In this document: positions 28,122 through 37,407 of the stretch, piece by piece | Layout: each line of letters begins with the position of its first letter | Numbering within the stretch: position 1 is the first letter of the stretch | Source: Escherichia phage FFH2 | DNA: 64,000 nucleotides | Reading direction: 5' to 3' (one strand) | Sequence record: KJ190158 | The notes under the pieces: model-generated | Seen by the model: the letters and a program-made list of their open reading frames with translations, nothing else | Databases searched by the model: none | Told to the model about the DNA's origin: nothing | Position numbers and translations under genes: made by a program

Positions 28122-28655
28122 ATGACTTGTGCTAGAAAACCTGATGAACAACGTAACGCCTACGATGAGTATGTGACACCGGAGTGGTGTGCAGAAGGGC
28201 TGTATGACCTTATTCCGTTCCCAGAAGACTGGACCTACTTAGAGCCTTGCAGGAATAGTGCCTCAGGTGTGTTCTACTCCCGTATGCCGTTAGGATCTGC
28301 ATGGGGAGAAATCCAAGAAGGTGTTGACTATCTGAATACAGAATACAACCATGTTGACTGTATTATCACCAACCCACCATACAGCTTGGCTCGTGAGTTT
28401 GTAGACAAGGCGTTGAAAGATGCTGACGTAGTTATTATGCTTTTACGTCTTAATTTTCTGGAAAGCAAAGCCAGATTTGAATGGTGGCTTGATAATGCAC
28501 CTACCACTGTGATCACAATATCTAAGCGTCCATCATTTCAATCAAATGGTAGAACTGACGGGCAAGCATATGCATATTTTGTATGGGACAAGAAAAACCG
28601 TCTAGACTTGCCGCCATTTATGTGGTTGGCACCACCAGAGGCAGATTTGAAATGA
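28122..28655 (+). CDS. small N6/N4 DNA methyltransferase-like protein
   Basis: DCIITNPPY (DPPY catalytic motif) and EPCRNSASGVF (motif I-like). Confidence 0.55.
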   Translation: MTCARKPDEQRNAYDEYVTPEWCAEGLYDLIPFPEDWTYLEPCRNSASGVFYSRMPLGSAWGEIQEGVDYLNTEYNHVDCIITNPPYSLAREFVDKALKDADVVIMLLRLNFLESKARFEWWLDNAPTTVITISKRPSFQSNGRTDGQAYAYFVWDKKNRLDLPPFMWLAPPEADLK

Positions 28656-28936
28656 AAATGAGTGCTAAGGACAAGTTGCACCAGTTAGCGCTAAAACGTC
28701 CTGTAACGCTCCCTGACGAGCTTAACTCCATTTATGATGCGATTGTAGGGGAGATACAAAATAAAGCGTTAGCAGGCTTTCTGGGATGCGGATTTTCGAT
28801 AAATCTACCCTCGCATCTCTCAGATTACTTCCCGCACATTGTTGGGGATTTGAGGGCAGGAGGTCTGCAGGTGGATGTTGTTGGCATCTCTCCGGAGAAA
28901 AATAACACAGTTGCCTACTTGACAGTGACCTGGTAG
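28651..28936 (+). CDS. hypothetical protein (about 95 aa)
   Basis: Start reassigned to ATG overlapping the methyltransferase stop (ATGA). Confidence 0.35.
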
Positions 28937-28938
28937 TA

Positions 28939-29211
28939 GTGTATTTTGTTTTCAACAAGAGGGGGTCATTTATGTACAAGTCATTCTCAATCTACTCAAG
29001 ACAGGCGAAACACTACACAGAGATCCTGATCACTCAGAAAAAGTCTGTAGAAGGTGAGTGGGAGTATCACCATAAAATGTTGCGTCCAGATTGGGTTTTT
29101 GATAGACTTATTGCTATGATCCCTCTTGGAGAAGTATACCCTCTGACAGGTCATAGGGATGCTTGGGATTTAATTGATTACATAGATTCATTTAAGGAGC
29201 CCAGTGTATGA
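28939..29211 (+). CDS. hypothetical protein (90 aa)
   Basis: Co-oriented ORF. Confidence 0.35.
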   Translation: MYFVFNKRGSFMYKSFSIYSRQAKHYTEILITQKKSVEGEWEYHHKMLRPDWVFDRLIAMIPLGEVYPLTGHRDAWDLIDYIDSFKEPSV

Positions 29212-29606
29212 AGATTGAGATCACTAAAGAAGGTAAGAAAGTGTCTGGAGACTATGCAACAGTAATTCGAGATTTAATGTTTGAAACCACCAAGTTCGGC
29301 ACATCTAAAGTTGGTCAAACTGTTAGTGTGCAAGGCAATATCACCACAGGGGAGAAGATAATCATCGTGATCAAAGGACAAGATCCTGTGGAAGGAACAG
29401 TGGGCCGAGGAGGCTACCTGTGCATTTCTGAAGAACCGCGCATGCTGGTTGCTGATAACTCCACAGGTAAAAAGCGGGTATGTAACACGGACGAGGTGAT
29501 GATTATCTATCCAGTCAATCCAGATGATCCGGCAACATGGATTGTGGGAAATGAAATCTTCTCTTTAGAAGAGTTATCCTTTCCAGCTCCGCGCTCTGTT
29601 CAGTAA
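29208..29606 (+). CDS. small protein in the acidic small-gene array (MKIEIT N-terminus)
   Basis: N-terminus MKIEIT like ORFs 36728 and 40177. Confidence 0.4.
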   Translation: MKIEITKEGKKVSGDYATVIRDLMFETTKFGTSKVGQTVSVQGNITTGEKIIIVIKGQDPVEGTVGRGGYLCISEEPRMLVADNSTGKKRVCNTDEVMIIYPVNPDDPATWIVGNEIFSLEELSFPAPRSVQ

Positions 29607-29645
29607 TAATTTATCTTACCAGGGACGGTAGAAGTAGGAGGTAGC

Positions 29646-29879
29646 ATGAAAGTTAAATTTCTTACAGATTTAGGGTACCCTTCCTTGGTTGACTGCATTG
29701 GTAAAATTGTGGAAGCAAAACGGCTATCTGCAAACGATAATGTTGTCATGGTTAAGGGAAAAGATTTATTAGCTGCAGGTGCAGAGTCTGGCAGGATCTC
29801 TCCTGACTATACATATTACTTATCTTTAAGTAATCTACCAGAACGAGGCGGCAAAGGCCTTGAAGTTGTGGAGGAGTGA
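29646..29879 (+). CDS. small acidic protein, paralogue group A (MKVKFL ... GKDLLAAGA ... VVEE)
   Basis: Shares motif layout with ORFs 33306 and 33523. Confidence 0.45.
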   Translation: MKVKFLTDLGYPSLVDCIGKIVEAKRLSANDNVVMVKGKDLLAAGAESGRISPDYTYYLSLSNLPERGGKGLEVVEE

Positions 29880-30421
29880 CAGGTATGCTTCTGATTAACT
29901 GGGAAGACCTCTATGGGGACAAAGACCCTGTTGCGTTTGTTGATCGTAGATGGAGATACACTGAAGAACAACTGGCTGCAAAAAATTTAACTGCGAAACG
30001 CAGAAAGATCATCCAGTGCAAGTACAAATACGCACAATTTGCTGCAAAAGTGTCTCCACAAATCGAGAGTTTTGTACTTAAATTGTATGACGAATACCTC
30101 AAGTTCAAATTGGATTTTGTACAGGTGTACCGTGCACAGGTACGCCCAGATACCAACATATGTAGATGGAAGGTTGTTTGTGACGGTAAAGATTTGCCGC
30201 TCAGCTTGACAATTGAGTGGCGTTATGGGTATCATGAGTGTGGTCTGTATGATACTTGGGATGTCATTGTAGATCCTGCTAAGTACCTGAACACAGAGGA
30301 GCTGGAATATATCAATAAGGTTATTCTCGATATGTTTTTCAGATACACCCGTGAAAACTCTGAGAAAGAACGGGATGATTTTCTTGACACCATCAGCAAC
30401 CATCTGCAGTATACAATTTAA
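29876..30421 (+). CDS. hypothetical protein (181 aa)
   Basis: Co-oriented ORF. Confidence 0.4.
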   Translation: MTGMLLINWEDLYGDKDPVAFVDRRWRYTEEQLAAKNLTAKRRKIIQCKYKYAQFAAKVSPQIESFVLKLYDEYLKFKLDFVQVYRAQVRPDTNICRWKVVCDGKDLPLSLTIEWRYGYHECGLYDTWDVIVDPAKYLNTEELEYINKVILDMFFRYTRENSEKERDDFLDTISNHLQYTI

Positions 30422-30439
30422 CCTACAAAGGGAGGGCTA

Positions 30440-30664
30440 ATGAGTATAAATGTTGTGCTAATAGGCTACCTGGTAATAGCCGTTATAACAGCGGTATTCT
30501 TGACAGGTATATGCATCGTGTCTAGACGAAAGGTGAAGTTTGATGATTTTATCACCATCATCACTGCTGCACCTTTTTGGCCTATTGTTATCTTCATCGT
30601 AATAATGTGCCTAGTTGATTACTACAAGAATATTCGTAAGGAGAAAAAGGAGAGTAGGGATTGA
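30440..30664 (+). CDS. small membrane protein (74 aa)
   Basis: Two hydrophobic helices. Confidence 0.4.
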   Translation: MSINVVLIGYLVIAVITAVFLTGICIVSRRKVKFDDFITIITAAPFWPIVIFIVIMCLVDYYKNIRKEKKESRD

Positions 30665-30877
30665 GACCGCACCTAAAACTGTTTATACTGTTCTTAAAGA
30701 GATTGCGTTCTACGCAGATCTTAGCCAGGCACCTTTATGGGAAAAGAGCATGTATTTAAAATGGTGCGTTAATTTAGGGAGACCTTCCAGTGTTTCAAGC
30801 CATGTTTATTGAGATGCTATCTGGGGTATTGTTACTGGTAGCCATCTTAGGTGGTGCAGTTCTGATGTATAACTATC

Positions 30878-31081
30878 TTGAAAAAGGAGACAGCAATGGC
30901 AAAAAATAAATCTTTAGAGCAGGCTGAAAACCTTCTCCACGAGCTGGTAAAGGAGTGGAAAGTTGAATACTCAGATTTTAATGCACGAGAGGGTGAAGAT
31001 TATTGGCCTACGGAGCGCTCAGAGGGCGAATGGTATCAAGATTTTATAGAGTGGTTATATCAGACGTGCGATGAGGGGTGA
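30878..31081 (+). CDS. hypothetical protein (67 aa)
   Basis: ORF with GGAGA SD. Confidence 0.35.
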   Translation: MKKETAMAKNKSLEQAENLLHELVKEWKVEYSDFNAREGEDYWPTERSEGEWYQDFIEWLYQTCDEG

Positions 31082-31539
31082 CGATGTTTGTTAAATATGT
31101 AAAAACGTGCCTCAACAGTCTTGGCAGAGAGCATTGGTACACCTTACTTGAAAAAGGAGAAATTTTAACAAAATCTGGAAAGATAACTTTGATACCCTTG
31201 GACGATAAAGACCCGTCACTCCTTGTCATAGATGATTACGTTACAGGTGTGTCGTACGAGGTCTCTGTGGAGAGGTTAATACGCAGAGCTGGCGGCCCTT
31301 GTGATCAAAGAGAGTATGTTTTCGATTCCGTTACAGAGAGGGATCATCCGTCTTTAATGTTCAGGATGGTAATCAGGGATATGAGGTCATCTATAGATAG
31401 GATCGTAAAGGACATTAAGGAACCTTTTAGGGTAAAAGTTAAGAAGTTTTTTGATTCTAAGATTAACATACTTGCTGTTGTGCTAGGCGTAATTCAACTT
31501 CTGTTAATTTTGCACTATTTTGAACTGTTGTTTAAGTAG
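31078..31539 (+). CDS. hypothetical protein with C-terminal membrane anchor (153 aa)
   Basis: C-terminal hydrophobic helix. Confidence 0.4.
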   Translation: MTMFVKYVKTCLNSLGREHWYTLLEKGEILTKSGKITLIPLDDKDPSLLVIDDYVTGVSYEVSVERLIRRAGGPCDQREYVFDSVTERDHPSLMFRMVIRDMRSSIDRIVKDIKEPFRVKVKKFFDSKINILAVVLGVIQLLLILHYFELLFK

Positions 31540-31599
31540 TGTGCAACAAGGCACAAAGGATGTGCCATAATTAAACAAATTAAGAAAGAGGTAGAGAGA

Positions 31600-31947
31600 A
31601 TGTCAAAGATTAAATCGATATTAATGTGGGTAGCTGTTGTGGCTTTTGTAGGATACTGGACTTGGGAAACTGAATTAAAAGATATCGGATATACCAGTCT
31701 TGAGAGCAAGGCATGCATTGGCATAACCGATGCATTCAGGCAAAATGCTATGGATCACGAATGTGTCGATGCAGATATAGATGAGAAACTGTCTAAGGAC
31801 AAGGATTTTTACCATGGTCATGCCTTGCTTGATAGTGGTGACACTGTAGAATTCTGGTCGTGGTTCCGTGAAGATGGAACAATAAAGACAGCAGTAAAGA
31901 TTTCCAACAAAGAGTTAATGCTGTTGCAGCAGAAGGAGGTGCAATGA
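31600..31947 (+). CDS. hypothetical protein with N-terminal membrane anchor (115 aa)
   Basis: N-terminal hydrophobic helix. Confidence 0.4.
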   Translation: MSKIKSILMWVAVVAFVGYWTWETELKDIGYTSLESKACIGITDAFRQNAMDHECVDADIDEKLSKDKDFYHGHALLDSGDTVEFWSWFREDGTIKTAVKISNKELMLLQQKEVQ

Positions 31948-32231
31948 TTTGGATATCCTACACTGATGGCACCATGCTGTATACTGCAGGTACTAGGTAT
32001 GAAGTTCAGGAGGACGATAAAAAATTTATCGTAAAAACATTTGACAAGGACGACAACCTTTTGTTAGAATTGACTTACAAGGTTGGGGAGGTATCTAGCA
32101 TCCAATTGGATTGCGGTCATAAAGATAACCCGCTCAAGAAACCTGGGGTAGGTAAAGCTTCAGAAGAACGCCTGTCTCGTATTGCAGAAAGCGTTTCTGC
32201 ACAAAAATCTAAGAAGAGGATTAGAAAATGA
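31944..32231 (+). CDS. hypothetical protein (95 aa)
   Basis: Overlapping start/stop. Confidence 0.35.
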   Translation: MIWISYTDGTMLYTAGTRYEVQEDDKKFIVKTFDKDDNLLLELTYKVGEVSSIQLDCGHKDNPLKKPGVGKASEERLSRIAESVSAQKSKKRIRK

Positions 32232-32428
32232 GTGACAAAATTCTTAAATTTAATACCTACTATGAGAATGATTTGAACGATCTGTATTATATAGTGCGTA
32301 GCGAAAACCCAAATGTAGTACTGTTTTGCCGAGAACCTTTCAAAAAAGAGGAGATTGAATCTACCATGGATGTGGATCAGATTTCACACCTGCTGCTCCT
32401 TGGATCATTAAAAGAGGCAGTATTCTAA
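32228..32428 (+). CDS. hypothetical protein (66 aa)
   Basis: Overlapping start/stop. Confidence 0.3.
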   Translation: MSDKILKFNTYYENDLNDLYYIVRSENPNVVLFCREPFKKEEIESTMDVDQISHLLLLGSLKEAVF

Positions 32429-32447
32429 ACCAGGATGGAGGGTTTTT

Positions 32448-32633
32448 ATGAAGCACTATTGTCTGTCTGGTAGAATGGGTGCAGATTGTGATTGGGTTTT
32501 CTTAAAACTTGTCAGCATTCGAGAGTCCATTTCAGAGGAAGAGCAAGAAAGTGAGCTAATGTCCTGGATCAACCATTACGGTAACACTTTTCGGCATGTT
32601 AAGGTAGAAGAGTTGCCAAGTGAGGCTGATTGA
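32448..32633 (+). CDS. hypothetical protein (61 aa)
   Basis: Co-oriented ORF. Confidence 0.3.
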   Translation: MKHYCLSGRMGADCDWVFLKLVSIRESISEEEQESELMSWINHYGNTFRHVKVEELPSEAD

Positions 32634-32728
32634 CTATGATTGCATCAATATTAACGTTTATGGGTGGCGTGGCATTCGGATTCATTGTTTGCCTGTTTAT
32701 AGTGATTATGTCTATGCGAGGCTGAATT

Positions 32729-33025
32729 ATGAAACTTTTTGAGTGGTTTAAAAAGTTTAAATATAAAGCTGTAGCCATCGTGCCGTGGTCCATTCAGTGG
32801 GTTGATGAAGGTGGTCTACCAATACCTGGTGACAAAGATACTGGGTACTGGATTATGATGGAGAACGGGTTTGGAAAGCGAAAGTATACGTGCACAAACT
32901 CTACTCGATCTGCGCTTAATAGAGTGCCTGGTTACAAACTTATGGTTGTGTGGAAAATGTCAGGCGTGCCTCCAGCTAATGCTCAATTTCTTACTGACAA
33001 TCCGACCACGGTAGAGGAAGATTGA
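32729..33025 (+). CDS. hypothetical protein (98 aa)
   Basis: Co-oriented ORF. Confidence 0.35.
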   Translation: MKLFEWFKKFKYKAVAIVPWSIQWVDEGGLPIPGDKDTGYWIMMENGFGKRKYTCTNSTRSALNRVPGYKLMVVWKMSGVPPANAQFLTDNPTTVEED

Positions 33026-33309
33026 TAATGAAAAAGATTAACAGTGGTGAAGTTGAGTTTAAACTTGTCGGGAAAGGCACTTACTGGGAAGTTCGTCAAA
33101 AGGTATATTTGTTCGGTCTTATTCCCTATTGGTCTAAATTCTACTGGGGAGCTAACGAGTGGGGAAGATACGCCACCAAATCAATGGCACTTATTGGTAT
33201 AGCAGAGTACATTGCAGCCAGAGATAGGGTTGGAGACACTTATTACTATACTGCGGACGATATTCGTAACAGTGTTTACGTCCCACAACCACCTGATGGA
33301 GACCGTTGA
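33022..33309 (+). CDS. hypothetical protein (95 aa)
   Basis: Overlapping start/stop. Confidence 0.35.
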   Translation: MIMKKINSGEVEFKLVGKGTYWEVRQKVYLFGLIPYWSKFYWGANEWGRYATKSMALIGIAEYIAARDRVGDTYYYTADDIRNSVYVPQPPDGDR

Positions 33310-33533
33310 TGAAAGTTAAAGTTTTAGATTCAAGCTTCTATATTGGTCAGGAGCCTTTAGTAGGAAAAGTGTTTACTGCTGTCCCTAACGAAGATTACCC
33401 TGACCTTTTAAAAATAAAAGGAGCAGATCTTATTGCCGCTGGTGCATCTCAGGAATGCTTTGACAGTCAGTGGACCTACAACTTTGCCCTAGGTGAGGAT
33501 GTAGAGGTAGTGGAGGACGATCATGAAGGTTAA
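33306..33533 (+). CDS. small acidic protein, paralogue group A (MKVKVLD ... GADLIAAGA ... VEVVEDD)
   Basis: Clear paralogue of ORFs 33523 and 29646. Confidence 0.5.
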   Translation: MMKVKVLDSSFYIGQEPLVGKVFTAVPNEDYPDLLKIKGADLIAAGASQECFDSQWTYNFALGEDVEVVEDDHEG

Positions 33534-33777
33534 AATTCTTGATTCTAACGTCTACTTGGGACAATCCTTCCTGAATGGAAAGGTCGTTCCTGCGGTATAC
33601 TTTGAAGGGTTGCCGTGGGATGATCCTGTGCGGCAACATCACAGTTATGTAGGCCACAACGTGGTGTTTATCTTGGGATCAGACCTGATCACCGCTGGTG
33701 CACCTGAATATTATTTCGGGGAAGAGTCCTACTATGCCTTTGGGGTAGGGTCAGATGCAGATATTGTAGAGCTGTGA
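33523..33777 (+). CDS. small acidic protein, paralogue group A (MKVKILD ... GSDLITAGA ... DIVEL)
   Basis: Tandem duplicate of ORF 33306. Confidence 0.5.
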   Translation: MKVKILDSNVYLGQSFLNGKVVPAVYFEGLPWDDPVRQHHSYVGHNVVFILGSDLITAGAPEYYFGEESYYAFGVGSDADIVEL

Positions 33778-33789
33778 TGGGTAACCGTT

Positions 33790-34188
33790 GTGAAAAATAA
33801 ACTGTTTAAAGTTACAATGAAAATTCGCGGGGCTTGGAGCGTAAAGCAAGGGCGTATTCCAGAATTTGAGAAAGACTTCTACGTAGTCTCCACCTCGGAG
33901 GAGGCTGCATGCTGGCAGGCTGGCTATGCCTATGCAAGAACCTGGTACGAAGGGTACCAGACTGGGGGCTATGACGGAGAAATTATCAGCAAGGGTGTAG
34001 AAGAAATTAATGTGTTGACAAGTGAAAAAGTTTTTGTTATAGTGCATCCAGATTCCAGAGTGAAGCATTACTGGAATGCCAGAACAAAAACTTGGACACC
34101 GTTTGCAGATTCTGCTACGCCACTTTTAAACCAGAAAGCTCTTGACTCTGCCCCAAGTTATGGGGTTGTTGAAGAAAAGCTAAACTGA
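33790..34188 (+). CDS. hypothetical protein, paralogue group B (HP.S...YW...WTP)
   Basis: FVIVHPDSRVKHYWNARTKTWTP parallels FVMRHPHSNIAYYWDVLNNEWTP in ORF 35995. Confidence 0.45.
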   Translation: MKNKLFKVTMKIRGAWSVKQGRIPEFEKDFYVVSTSEEAACWQAGYAYARTWYEGYQTGGYDGEIISKGVEEINVLTSEKVFVIVHPDSRVKHYWNARTKTWTPFADSATPLLNQKALDSAPSYGVVEEKLN

Positions 34189-34205
34189 AACAGTGAGGTG
34201 TCACC

Positions 34206-34496
34206 ATGATGGATTTAATTCTAAATATTGATAACGCAGGAGAGTTTAAAGACGATGGTGTAACAAGCATGGACAAACCCTGCTCTGCTAAGGTTGACTC
34301 AAAATGGACCTACAAGTTTGACGGAGAGATCTTCGCAAATGATGAGAAGGTTGTAGATGCTGCAGCCATTTTAAACGCTCTAGGGTACGACCCTGTGAAT
34401 TCTTTGATCAAGGATCCTGTTGAGTTTGCAGAGTATGTTCGAAAAATGGCAGATCTTGCTGTGGATATTTTAAAAACTATCGACAACAAGCTGTAA
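34206..34496 (+). CDS. hypothetical acidic protein (96 aa)
   Basis: Co-oriented ORF. Confidence 0.35.
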   Translation: MMDLILNIDNAGEFKDDGVTSMDKPCSAKVDSKWTYKFDGEIFANDEKVVDAAAILNALGYDPVNSLIKDPVEFAEYVRKMADLAVDILKTIDNKL

Positions 34497-34502
34497 AAAC
34501 TG

Positions 34503-34531
34503 TTGACACAACGCTTCAGATTTAGTATCAT
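34503..34531 (+). promoter_or_regulatory. sigma70-like promoter (TTGACA-17-TATCAT) for the HPF-like gene
   Basis: Read directly; followed by 5' UTR hairpin GAGGGtttggttCCCTC. Confidence 0.45.
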
Positions 34532-34578
34532 TGTTTTCAAAGAGGGTTTGGTTCCCTCTTCTTTAAAAGGAACACGTT

Positions 34579-34896
34579 ATGCAAATTGAAATCACTGGCA
34601 ACGTAGAAATCACTGAAGGTATGGTGTCTTTCATTTCCCACAAAATGTCTAAGCTGGAGCGTTTGCACCCCTCTGCCAACTATGCACGTGTGAGTGTAAA
34701 AGTTGAAAATGATCACCAGGAAGTTATGGCGCTCATTTTTGACAATTCTGGAAAAGAAGTTATTGCCAGGGCTAAAGGTAGTGATGCTTACGAGGCAACT
34801 GACCGTATGGTAGATGTTGCAGCACGTCAGCTGGCTAAATGCGGTGGAAAGAAAGGTAAGGGGAAAGGCAAAGTAAAGATTGACTTTGGAGAATGA
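34579..34896 (+). CDS. hpf: ribosome hibernation promoting factor / RaiA (YfiA) family protein
   Basis: MQIEITGNVEITEGM...KLERLH...VSVKVEN...GKEVIARAKGSDAYEATDRMVDVAARQLAK parallels bacterial HPF/YfiA (MQLNITG.NVEIT...KLE.....V.V.....HA...D.Y.AID...KL.RQL.K) as recalled. Confidence 0.75.
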   Translation: MQIEITGNVEITEGMVSFISHKMSKLERLHPSANYARVSVKVENDHQEVMALIFDNSGKEVIARAKGSDAYEATDRMVDVAARQLAKCGGKKGKGKGKVKIDFGE

Positions 34897-34905
34897 GGTG
34901 CTACA

Positions 34906-35007
34906 ATGGGCGTGATTAAGAAACTAGTCCCAAATGTAGAGATTGCATGCTTTGAAATTATGTTTGCAATCGCAGTTGTAGTTAATGTGTTAGGTTACGG
35001 CTATTAA
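34906..35007 (+). CDS. small hydrophobic peptide (33 aa)
   Basis: Below cutoff; GAGGTG SD; single transmembrane-like helix. Confidence 0.25.
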   Translation: MGVIKKLVPNVEIACFEIMFAIAVVVNVLGYGY

Positions 35008-35033
35008 TATCAAATAATTGAGGAGACCTCTAA

Positions 35034-35303
35034 ATGAAAATTAAATTATTCAAAACTGAGCTGGCAGACAAAAACTGTGGACTGGTTGAAGGCATGATTG
35101 TCGAAGCACGACCAGTTGACTATATGAAGGTGGTTCGTGATGCCCTGGGTGAAGGTTTTGATCTGATGGAGCCAGCTCTGCGAGAAGATGTTATCGAGAT
35201 GGCTAAAAAGCACACACCTGAAGGAATGGTGGTGTTTGTTGCACCAGGTAACGGAGAAGAGTTGATTGTAACTCCGGATGTGTATGAGATTGTAGAGGAA
35301 TAA
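35034..35303 (+). CDS. small acidic protein in array (MKIKLFK ... EIVEE)
   Basis: Similar termini to neighbouring small acidic ORFs. Confidence 0.4.
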   Translation: MKIKLFKTELADKNCGLVEGMIVEARPVDYMKVVRDALGEGFDLMEPALREDVIEMAKKHTPEGMVVFVAPGNGEELIVTPDVYEIVEE

Positions 35304-35394
35304 TCCTGCTTGGATTAGCATACTTCCTCGACAAGGAAGGTTTGTAATTATTTGTGGGAAAGGAATCCCAATCTCTTACCATAGGTGATACTAT

Positions 35395-35658
35395 ATGATT
35401 GTTTATTTTAAAACTTCAGGTGGATACCCTGATTCTCAAAGCTTGATCGGAAAAACGTGCACAGCATACTCACCTCTTGATGAGGAGGTAGGCGATATTC
35501 TACGAAATATGTATCGGATTGATCCCCAAGAAGCCTTTGATCAAAACCTTGTATTTGTCAAGGGCTCAGACATGAAGTCTTTGGGAGCATTCCCTGAAGC
35601 AGATGATGATGCCGTTTATTCGTTCATGACCCCTTTTGAAGCTATGGTTGTCGGGTGA
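35395..35658 (+). CDS. small acidic protein in array (YPDSQSLIGK ... VFVKGSDMKSLGA)
   Basis: Resembles ORF 29646 (YPSLVDCIGK ... VMVKGKDLLAAGA). Confidence 0.45.
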   Translation: MIVYFKTSGGYPDSQSLIGKTCTAYSPLDEEVGDILRNMYRIDPQEAFDQNLVFVKGSDMKSLGAFPEADDDAVYSFMTPFEAMVVG

Positions 35659-35995
35659 TAATATGAAAGTACGCTTTATTGGTGAAACAATTCCTGTGCA
35701 TCTCCGGTCGCCTGAAGATTCTGCAGATCTTGCATCTCAGAAGGCGAGAGGTTATGATAAGAAAGTAATCTCAACCGATGTAGAACTTGAGGCTACTAGT
35801 CTACCTGACCCTGCTGCATTCTTTAATCATTATGGATACTATTTCAGCAATCTGATGAATATCGGTGAGCTTGTGTTTATTAGTGGTGGAGAAATTGTTA
35901 GCAAGCTTGGCGGCGATCCGGATGTCTTTCATGAAACCTGTCCTTTTGCATTTGTGGTAGGTTCAGATGTGGAAGTTATTGAGGAGGTGCGGTAA
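35636..35995 (+). CDS. small acidic protein in array (119 aa)
   Basis: C-terminus VVGSDVEVIEEVR like group A tails. Confidence 0.4.
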   Translation: MKLWLSGDNMKVRFIGETIPVHLRSPEDSADLASQKARGYDKKVISTDVELEATSLPDPAAFFNHYGYYFSNLMNIGELVFISGGEIVSKLGGDPDVFHETCPFAFVVGSDVEVIEEVR

Positions 35996-36390
35996 TGGTA
36001 AGCCTATACCGTGTTGAGTATAGCTCAGATACTGTGTACAACGTAAGAAGCAAAGATCGCAGCGACAGAGTGCAAGAAATGTATGTTCTTGCCGACAGTC
36101 CGTTATCTGCAGCGTTCAAGGCAGGGGCTCTTGCATCTCGTTGGAAATTTGAAGGCGGATCTTTCTATGAAGAAACCCTTGAAGATTCTGTTGTTATTTC
36201 TTCTGTAGAGGTTTCAGATGACTACGAAGGGAAAAAGTTCGTAATGCGGCACCCACACAGCAACATTGCGTACTACTGGGATGTTCTGAACAACGAGTGG
36301 ACCCCAGATCTTCAGAAGGCTACTGTGCTAACACCGTTTTTGGCAGATAAGTTCCCACCAGAAGGTAATTTATCCGCACTGTTTCAGTAA
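35995..36390 (+). CDS. hypothetical protein, paralogue group B
   Basis: Paralogue of ORF 33790. Confidence 0.45.
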   Translation: MVSLYRVEYSSDTVYNVRSKDRSDRVQEMYVLADSPLSAAFKAGALASRWKFEGGSFYEETLEDSVVISSVEVSDDYEGKKFVMRHPHSNIAYYWDVLNNEWTPDLQKATVLTPFLADKFPPEGNLSALFQ

Positions 36391-36408
36391 TTTTCTTGCA
36401 CACAGGTG

Positions 36409-36437
36409 TTGACAACACCAACCCTGTGTGAAATAAT
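36409..36437 (+). promoter_or_regulatory. sigma70-like promoter (TTGACA-17-AATAAT)
   Basis: Read directly. Confidence 0.35.
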
Positions 36438-36466
36438 ACCTTCATCTTAACAAGACGGGAGACTGA

Positions 36467-36727
36467 TTGATGAAGATTAAACTGAAAAACCTTGAAATGG
36501 CAGAGATTCAGGATGGTGTTGATTTCCGCTCTAAAGATGGTGACATCTTAGAGGTAAATCTTCCAACCTACGAGCTGATTAAAGGTTTTGGCAACGTTCA
36601 GGAAGAGGATATTCCAGAAATTCTTATGATGTTGATTCTTGACGGAACTGTGTTTGTAGGTGAAGGTGAGAACGCTATTGCAATCCCAGGCCATTTTTAT
36701 GAAGTAGTTGACGAAGAGGTGCTGTAA
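36467..36727 (+). CDS. small acidic protein in array (MKIKLKN ... EVVDEEVL)
   Basis: Acidic C-terminus. Confidence 0.4.
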   Translation: MMKIKLKNLEMAEIQDGVDFRSKDGDILEVNLPTYELIKGFGNVQEEDIPEILMMLILDGTVFVGEGENAIAIPGHFYEVVDEEVL

Positions 36728-37078
36728 ATGAAAGTAGAAATTACCGGTTTTGATGTGAATGTGGTTCCGGAAGATATTTTAGCTAAACTTCCAGAAGGTT
36801 TTGGTAACGGCGTTGTGGTGGATGCTGTTCCTCCTACCAAAGACATTCTGCTGCAGTATGGTGTAGCAGAGGAAGATGTCGATAAAGTTCTTACAATGAT
36901 GGCAATCGATCGTGTTGTCGTTGTTAAAGGTCTCGATAATTTTGAGAGTGATCCACTGATTATTCGTGGAGATGACTACAAAATCATCGATAATGAAGGC
37001 CAAGAGTTCTATGAGCCTTGTGCAGAAGATATTCTTAACTTATTACTGGAAGCAGGCACCGAAGAGGAGGACGAATAA
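36728..37078 (+). CDS. small acidic protein in array (MKVEITG ... TEEEDE)
   Basis: Acidic C-terminus. Confidence 0.4.
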   Translation: MKVEITGFDVNVVPEDILAKLPEGFGNGVVVDAVPPTKDILLQYGVAEEDVDKVLTMMAIDRVVVVKGLDNFESDPLIIRGDDYKIIDNEGQEFYEPCAEDILNLLLEAGTEEEDE

Positions 37079-37407
37079 TGAAGATTGACCCGTTACTGAA
37101 GGCTCGTGCAGAAAAAGCGTACACCATTAAGTTGACCAACTTGGTTCCTACTTGTCATCCGGATGTAGGTTGGCCCGAAGGTTTGGTGGAGGGAACTGTA
37201 ACAGCTGCATACCTTCCTAACATCAAATACCTCATGGAAATCTTGGAGCTGGATGAGGAAACGGCAGAAGAGTTCCAGTTGGACATGAAACAAAGTGGGA
37301 CTCTGGTTATTCACGGGTGGTATAATACTAAAGATGCAGAAGACCCTCTGGTAACTTCTAATCTGGCATATGAAATCTTAGGGCCTTTGAACCTGGAGGA
37401 AGACTAA
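37078..37407 (+). CDS. small acidic protein (109 aa)
   Basis: Overlapping start/stop. Confidence 0.4.
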   Translation: MKIDPLLKARAEKAYTIKLTNLVPTCHPDVGWPEGLVEGTVTAAYLPNIKYLMEILELDEETAEEFQLDMKQSGTLVIHGWYNTKDAEDPLVTSNLAYEILGPLNLEED

